In this document: positions 16,274-20,000 of the stretch, piece after piece
How positions within the stretch are numbered: the first letter of the stretch is position 1
How the letters are laid out: the number at the start of each line of letters is the position of its first letter
Sequence record: SRR20825019_1418
DNA: 20,000 nt
Direction: 5' to 3' (one strand)
Notes under the pieces: generated by a model
Seen by the model: only the letters and a program-made list of their open reading frames with translations
What the model was told of the DNA's origin: nothing
Databases searched by the model: none
Program-made: the position numbers and the translations under genes

Positions 16274-18544
16274 ATGCTGAGCAAAGATCTTGAAATTACA
16301 TTGAATGCGGCTTTCAAAAGTGCCCGCGACAAGCGTCATGAATTCATGACCGTCGAGCACCTTTTGCTGGCCTTGCTCGACAACGAATCGGCAGTGGGCG
16401 TCCTGAAAGCATGCGGTGCAGACCTGGCCCGGCTTCAGGAAGAACTCGTAGAGTTTGTGGATTCAACCACACCACTGATCCCCAGCAACGACAGCGAGCG
16501 GGAAACACAACCCACGCTCGGATTCCAGCGCGTGCTACAACGTGCTGTATTTCACGTACAATCCTCTGGCAAGAAGGAGGTAACCGGTGCCAATGTGCTG
16601 GTGGCCATCTTCAGTGAGCAGGAGAGCCAGGCGGTGTATGTGCTCAAGAAACAGAGCATCGCCCGCATTGACGTGGTGAATTTTGTTTCCCATGGCATCT
16701 CTCGCGTTCAGGGTGCCGAAGATCAGGAGGGTCACGATCAGGCGTCTCATGATGAAGCCGCAGAAGAAGGCGGTGCGTCACGTCCGCTGGAAAGCTACGC
16801 AACCAACCTGAATGACCAGGCCCGCCAGGGCCGCATTGACCCGCTGATCGGACGTGAACACGAAGTCGAGCGGGTGGTTCAGATACTGGTTCGCCGTCGC
16901 AAGAACAATCCGCTGCTGGTGGGCGAAGCGGGTGTGGGCAAGACCGCGATTGCCGAAGGCCTTGCCAAGCGCATTGTGGATAGCCAGGTGCCGGAGATCA
17001 TTTCTGACGCGGTGGTCTATTCACTTGATCTCGGTGCCCTGCTGGCTGGCACCAAGTACCGGGGTGATTTCGAGAAGCGGCTGAAGGGGCTGCTTGCAGA
17101 ATTGAAGAAAGAGAAGCATGCGATTCTGTTCATCGATGAAATCCATACCATCATCGGTGCCGGTTCCGCATCCGGCGGTGTGATGGATGCCTCCAACCTG
17201 CTCAAGCCCATGCTGAGCTCAGGGGAAATCCGGTGCATTGGCTCCACCACCTTCCAGGAATTCCGTGGCATTTTCGAGAAGGACAGCGCGCTGGCTCGCC
17301 GCTTCCAGAAGATTGATGTGAACGAACCCAGCGTTGAGGATACCTACCAGATCCTCAAGGGGCTGAAGTCCCATTTCGAGAAGCACCATGACCTGAAGTA
17401 CACCGATCAGGCACTGCGTGTGGCGGCGGAGCTGTCTGAACGCTACATCACCGATCGCCACCTGCCGGACAAGGCGATTGACGTAATCGACGAAGCCGGT
17501 GCCCATCAGCGTCTGCTGGCGGTGGCCAAACGCAAGAAGACAATCGACGTGTCGGAAATCGAGGATGTGGTGGCCAATATCGCCCGCATCCCGCCGAAGA
17601 ACGTATCCACCAGCGACAAGGACCTGCTGCGCAATCTGGAGCGGGATCTCAAGATGGTGGTCTTCGGGCAGGATCCGGCTATCGAGTCATTGTCCACCGC
17701 CATCAAGCTGGCCCGTGCCGGCCTGAAGGCGCCGGAGAAGCCGGAAGGTGCCTTCCTGTTTGCCGGCCCCACGGGTGTGGGCAAGACCGAAGTCACCAAG
17801 CAACTGGCCAAGGTGTTGGGTATCGAGCTGGTGCGCTTCGACATGTCCGAGTACATGGAGCGGCATACCGTGTCCAGGTTGATCGGTGCGCCTCCGGGCT
17901 ATGTCGGGTATGACCAGGGTGGTCTGCTGACGGAATCCGTGAGCAAGCATCCGCATTGTGTGCTGTTGCTGGATGAGATCGAGAAGGCTCATCCGGAGGT
18001 CTTTAACCTGCTTCTGCAGGTGATGGATCACGGTACGCTCACGGATAATAACGGTCGTAAGGCGGATTTCCGTCATGTGATCCTGGTGATGACCACCAAC
18101 GCCGGTGCTGAAAGCATGGCCCGCCGTTCCATTGGCTTCAGTGAGCAGGACCACAGCACCGACGGCATGGAAATTATATCGAAGACCTTCACGCCGGAGT
18201 TCCGCAACCGCCTGGATGGCATTATCCAGTTCGGTGATCTCCAGCCGGCCACCATCACCCACGTGGTGGACAAGTTCCTCACGGAATTGCAGGCGCAGTT
18301 GGACGAGAAGCACGTGGTGCTCCACGTTGACGACGCCGCGAAGGAATGGCTGGCCGAGAAGGGCTACGATGTCACCATGGGGGCTCGCCCGATGGCTCGC
18401 CTGATCCAGGACAAGATCAAGCGGCCCCTGGCGGAACAGATCCTGTTCGGCCGGCTGTCGGAGCATGGTGGTGATGTCCACATTCACCTCAAGGATGGTG
18501 AACTGGAGTTCGAGTACGAGGACGAACCGGCTGAGGCTGTGTAA
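16274..18544 (+). CDS. clpA: ATP-dependent Clp protease ATP-binding subunit ClpA
   Basis: ATG at 16274 (MLSKDLE), 756 aa. [13 protein letters not shown], two Walker A motifs ([16 protein letters not shown]), IGAPPGYVG and IGF loop. Confidence 0.99.
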   Translation: MLSKDLEITLNAAFKSARDKRHEFMTVEHLLLALLDNESAVGVLKACGADLARLQEELVEFVDSTTPLIPSNDSERETQPTLGFQRVLQRAVFHVQSSGKKEVTGANVLVAIFSEQESQAVYVLKKQSIARIDVVNFVSHGISRVQGAEDQEGHDQASHDEAAEEGGASRPLESYATNLNDQARQGRIDPLIGREHEVERVVQILVRRRKNNPLLVGEAGVGKTAIAEGLAKRIVDSQVPEIISDAVVYSLDLGALLAGTKYRGDFEKRLKGLLAELKKEKHAILFIDEIHTIIGAGSASGGVMDASNLLKPMLSSGEIRCIGSTTFQEFRGIFEKDSALARRFQKIDVNEPSVEDTYQILKGLKSHFEKHHDLKYTDQALRVAAELSERYITDRHLPDKAIDVIDEAGAHQRLLAVAKRKKTIDVSEIEDVVANIARIPPKNVSTSDKDLLRNLERDLKMVVFGQDPAIESLSTAIKLARAGLKAPEKPEGAFLFAGPTGVGKTEVTKQLAKVLGIELVRFDMSEYMERHTVSRLIGAPPGYVGYDQGGLLTESVSKHPHCVLLLDEIEKAHPEVFNLLLQVMDHGTLTDNNGRKADFRHVILVMTTNAGAESMARRSIGFSEQDHSTDGMEIISKTFTPEFRNRLDGIIQFGDLQPATITHVVDKFLTELQAQLDEKHVVLHVDDAAKEWLAEKGYDVTMGARPMARLIQDKIKRPLAEQILFGRLSEHGGDVHIHLKDGELEFEYEDEPAEAV

Positions 18545-18573
18545 GCAGCCCTGAGCGATTCTTCTCCTCCTGG

Positions 18574-18606
18574 AAAGGCCATGCTGGAAACAGCATGGCC
18601 TTTTTT
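18574..18606 (+). terminator. Rho-independent terminator of clpS-clpA
   Basis: GGCCATGCTG-GAAA-CAGCATGGCC perfect 10-bp stem followed by TTTTTT. Confidence 0.93.
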
Positions 18607-18775
18607 GTCACTGGCCGACCATCAATTGACTCTGTTGAAGGGCCAGCCCTGACATTGTCGTCAATCCAATTGCTCCGCTTCTCTGTCAAATTGTTGTCTG
18701 ACAGTCAGATTACCTGACGCGTACGCGCCGTGGTCTGTGTTTCCGTGAAACAACAATGATAAGGAGAACCGGGAA

Positions 18776-19807
18776 ATGAAAGCGTTATCCATGCTTTTGC
18801 TGGTTGTGCTCGGGCTTTCCGGCTGGAGCAATGTCGGCGCGAGTGAGCGCCGTGAGTTCTGTGTATTTGATGTCGCCGGAGCAAGTGGATTTGTCTACCG
18901 TACGTTGCAGGATTACCACCGCAAGGCCGCATTGGCCGGCGTAGGCCTTAACATGCGTCCCTACACCGATGAAGATCAGGCCGTCGCAGATTTAAGAGCC
19001 GGGCGTTGCGACATTGTGGCGGTGACCGATATGGGCGCCCGTAAATTCAACGATTTTTCAGGCTCCATCAGTGCCATCGGGGCGATTCCCTATTATGAAG
19101 ACCTGAAAGTGCTGCTCCATATTCTGGCCAGCCACAGGGTTGACCGTCATCTTGAGCAGAATGGCTACGAGGTGTTGGGTGTGACGCCGATGGGAGCGGC
19201 TTACCTGTTCGTGAACGACCGGGCGATTGACCACGTGGAGGCTCTGGAGGGAAAGCGCATCACGGTGTTCGAGGGGCACCACGATGCCCGTCATATGGTT
19301 GAGTATGTTGGCGCGGTGCCGGTTGCGGCGAAAATTTCCGACTTTGCCAGCCTGTTCAATTCCGGCGAGGCTGATATCAGTTATGCGCCGGCGGCAGCCT
19401 ACGAGGTGCTGGAGATGTTCCGGGGCATGGGCAGCAAAGGTGGTATTGTCGATTATCCGGTAGGGCAGGTAACCGTTCAGTTGATCGCCCGGGCGGATGA
19501 GTTCGACGACGCTTTTGTCAGGAAGTCACGGCGGATCATGTCCAGGCTCTACCCGGAGGCCATGCGCATTGTGAGGCAGTACGAACGGTCGATTCCCGAG
19601 GAGCGCTGGGTCAAGATTTCACCCGAAGCCGTCCGGGGTTACCAGGAAATGTTGCGTAGCGTGAGGATTGATATGCAGCAGTCCACGGAAGACTCGGGCA
19701 TGCTGGCTGCGGGTGTGTATCATGACGACATGATGACGATACTACGGAAGGTGCGGTGTTATACCAATCCAGGCGCGATGGAATGCTCGGCGGACAACCG
19801 GGAGTAG
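18776..19807 (+). CDS. Putative secreted solute-binding protein (DUF6091/AdeT-like, TRAP DctP-like fold)
   Basis: 343 aa with signal peptide and AAGGAG RBS. FCVFDVAGASG, PYTDE, GSISAIGAIP, GAAYLFVNDR, YAPAAAYEVLE and C-terminal RC-x8-C match my recollection of this family. Confidence 0.8.
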   Translation: MKALSMLLLVVLGLSGWSNVGASERREFCVFDVAGASGFVYRTLQDYHRKAALAGVGLNMRPYTDEDQAVADLRAGRCDIVAVTDMGARKFNDFSGSISAIGAIPYYEDLKVLLHILASHRVDRHLEQNGYEVLGVTPMGAAYLFVNDRAIDHVEALEGKRITVFEGHHDARHMVEYVGAVPVAAKISDFASLFNSGEADISYAPAAAYEVLEMFRGMGSKGGIVDYPVGQVTVQLIARADEFDDAFVRKSRRIMSRLYPEAMRIVRQYERSIPEERWVKISPEAVRGYQEMLRSVRIDMQQSTEDSGMLAAGVYHDDMMTILRKVRCYTNPGAMECSADNRE

Positions 19808-19829
19808 CGGCCTGGCATGGAAAGGCCTG

Positions 19830-19859
19830 AAAATAAAAAGCCCCGATATTCGGGGCTTT
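19830..19859. terminator. Rho-independent terminator, probably bidirectional (infA and the solute-binding gene)
   Basis: AAAGCCCCGA-TAT-TCGGGGCTTT. The minus strand continues TTTTTATTTT and the plus strand TTT. Confidence 0.88.
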
Positions 19860-19876
19860 CAAGTCTCATACAGCTA

Positions 19877-20000
<124 letters not shown>

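Noticed and set aside
17687..18487. 266-aa minus-strand ORF
   Set aside because: Antisense shadow of clpA; no independent coding evidence.
18545..18775. Possible tRNA (serW lies between clpA and infA in E. coli)
   Set aside because: No cloverleaf, T-loop GTTCRA or CCA end visible.

Overview
Core-genome region of a GC-rich marine gammaproteobacterium. Protein sequences and gene order look Marinobacter-like (inference). Gene order: 3' end of pdxB; htpX; conserved hypothetical; alaA-type aminotransferase; divergent glutathione peroxidase + OhrR/OspR-type MarR regulator; SagS-like hybrid sensor kinase; membrane-anchored hypothetical; LysR regulator; the minus-strand block rluE-nudJ-mnmA-hflD-purB-roxA(ycfD)-GNAT fusion; cspD; divergent clpS-clpA; an orphan DUF6091-like solute-binding protein; and the 3' part of infA. 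I found no mobile element, CRISPR array, tRNA or rRNA, and no clear-cut novel system. Best leads: (1) a GNAT fused to an apparently catalytically dead PLD-like domain at the end of a translation-modification operon; (2) the apparent absence of both isocitrate branch-point genes (aceA, icd/idh) from their usual positions, while the aceA-type LysR and a palindromic operator remain; (3) a SagS-like kinase paired with an uncharacterised membrane protein and overlapping the OhrR gene tail-to-tail; (4) an insulated DUF6091-like gene with a palindrome-rich leader. All family assignments are from motif recognition and memory, not database searches.
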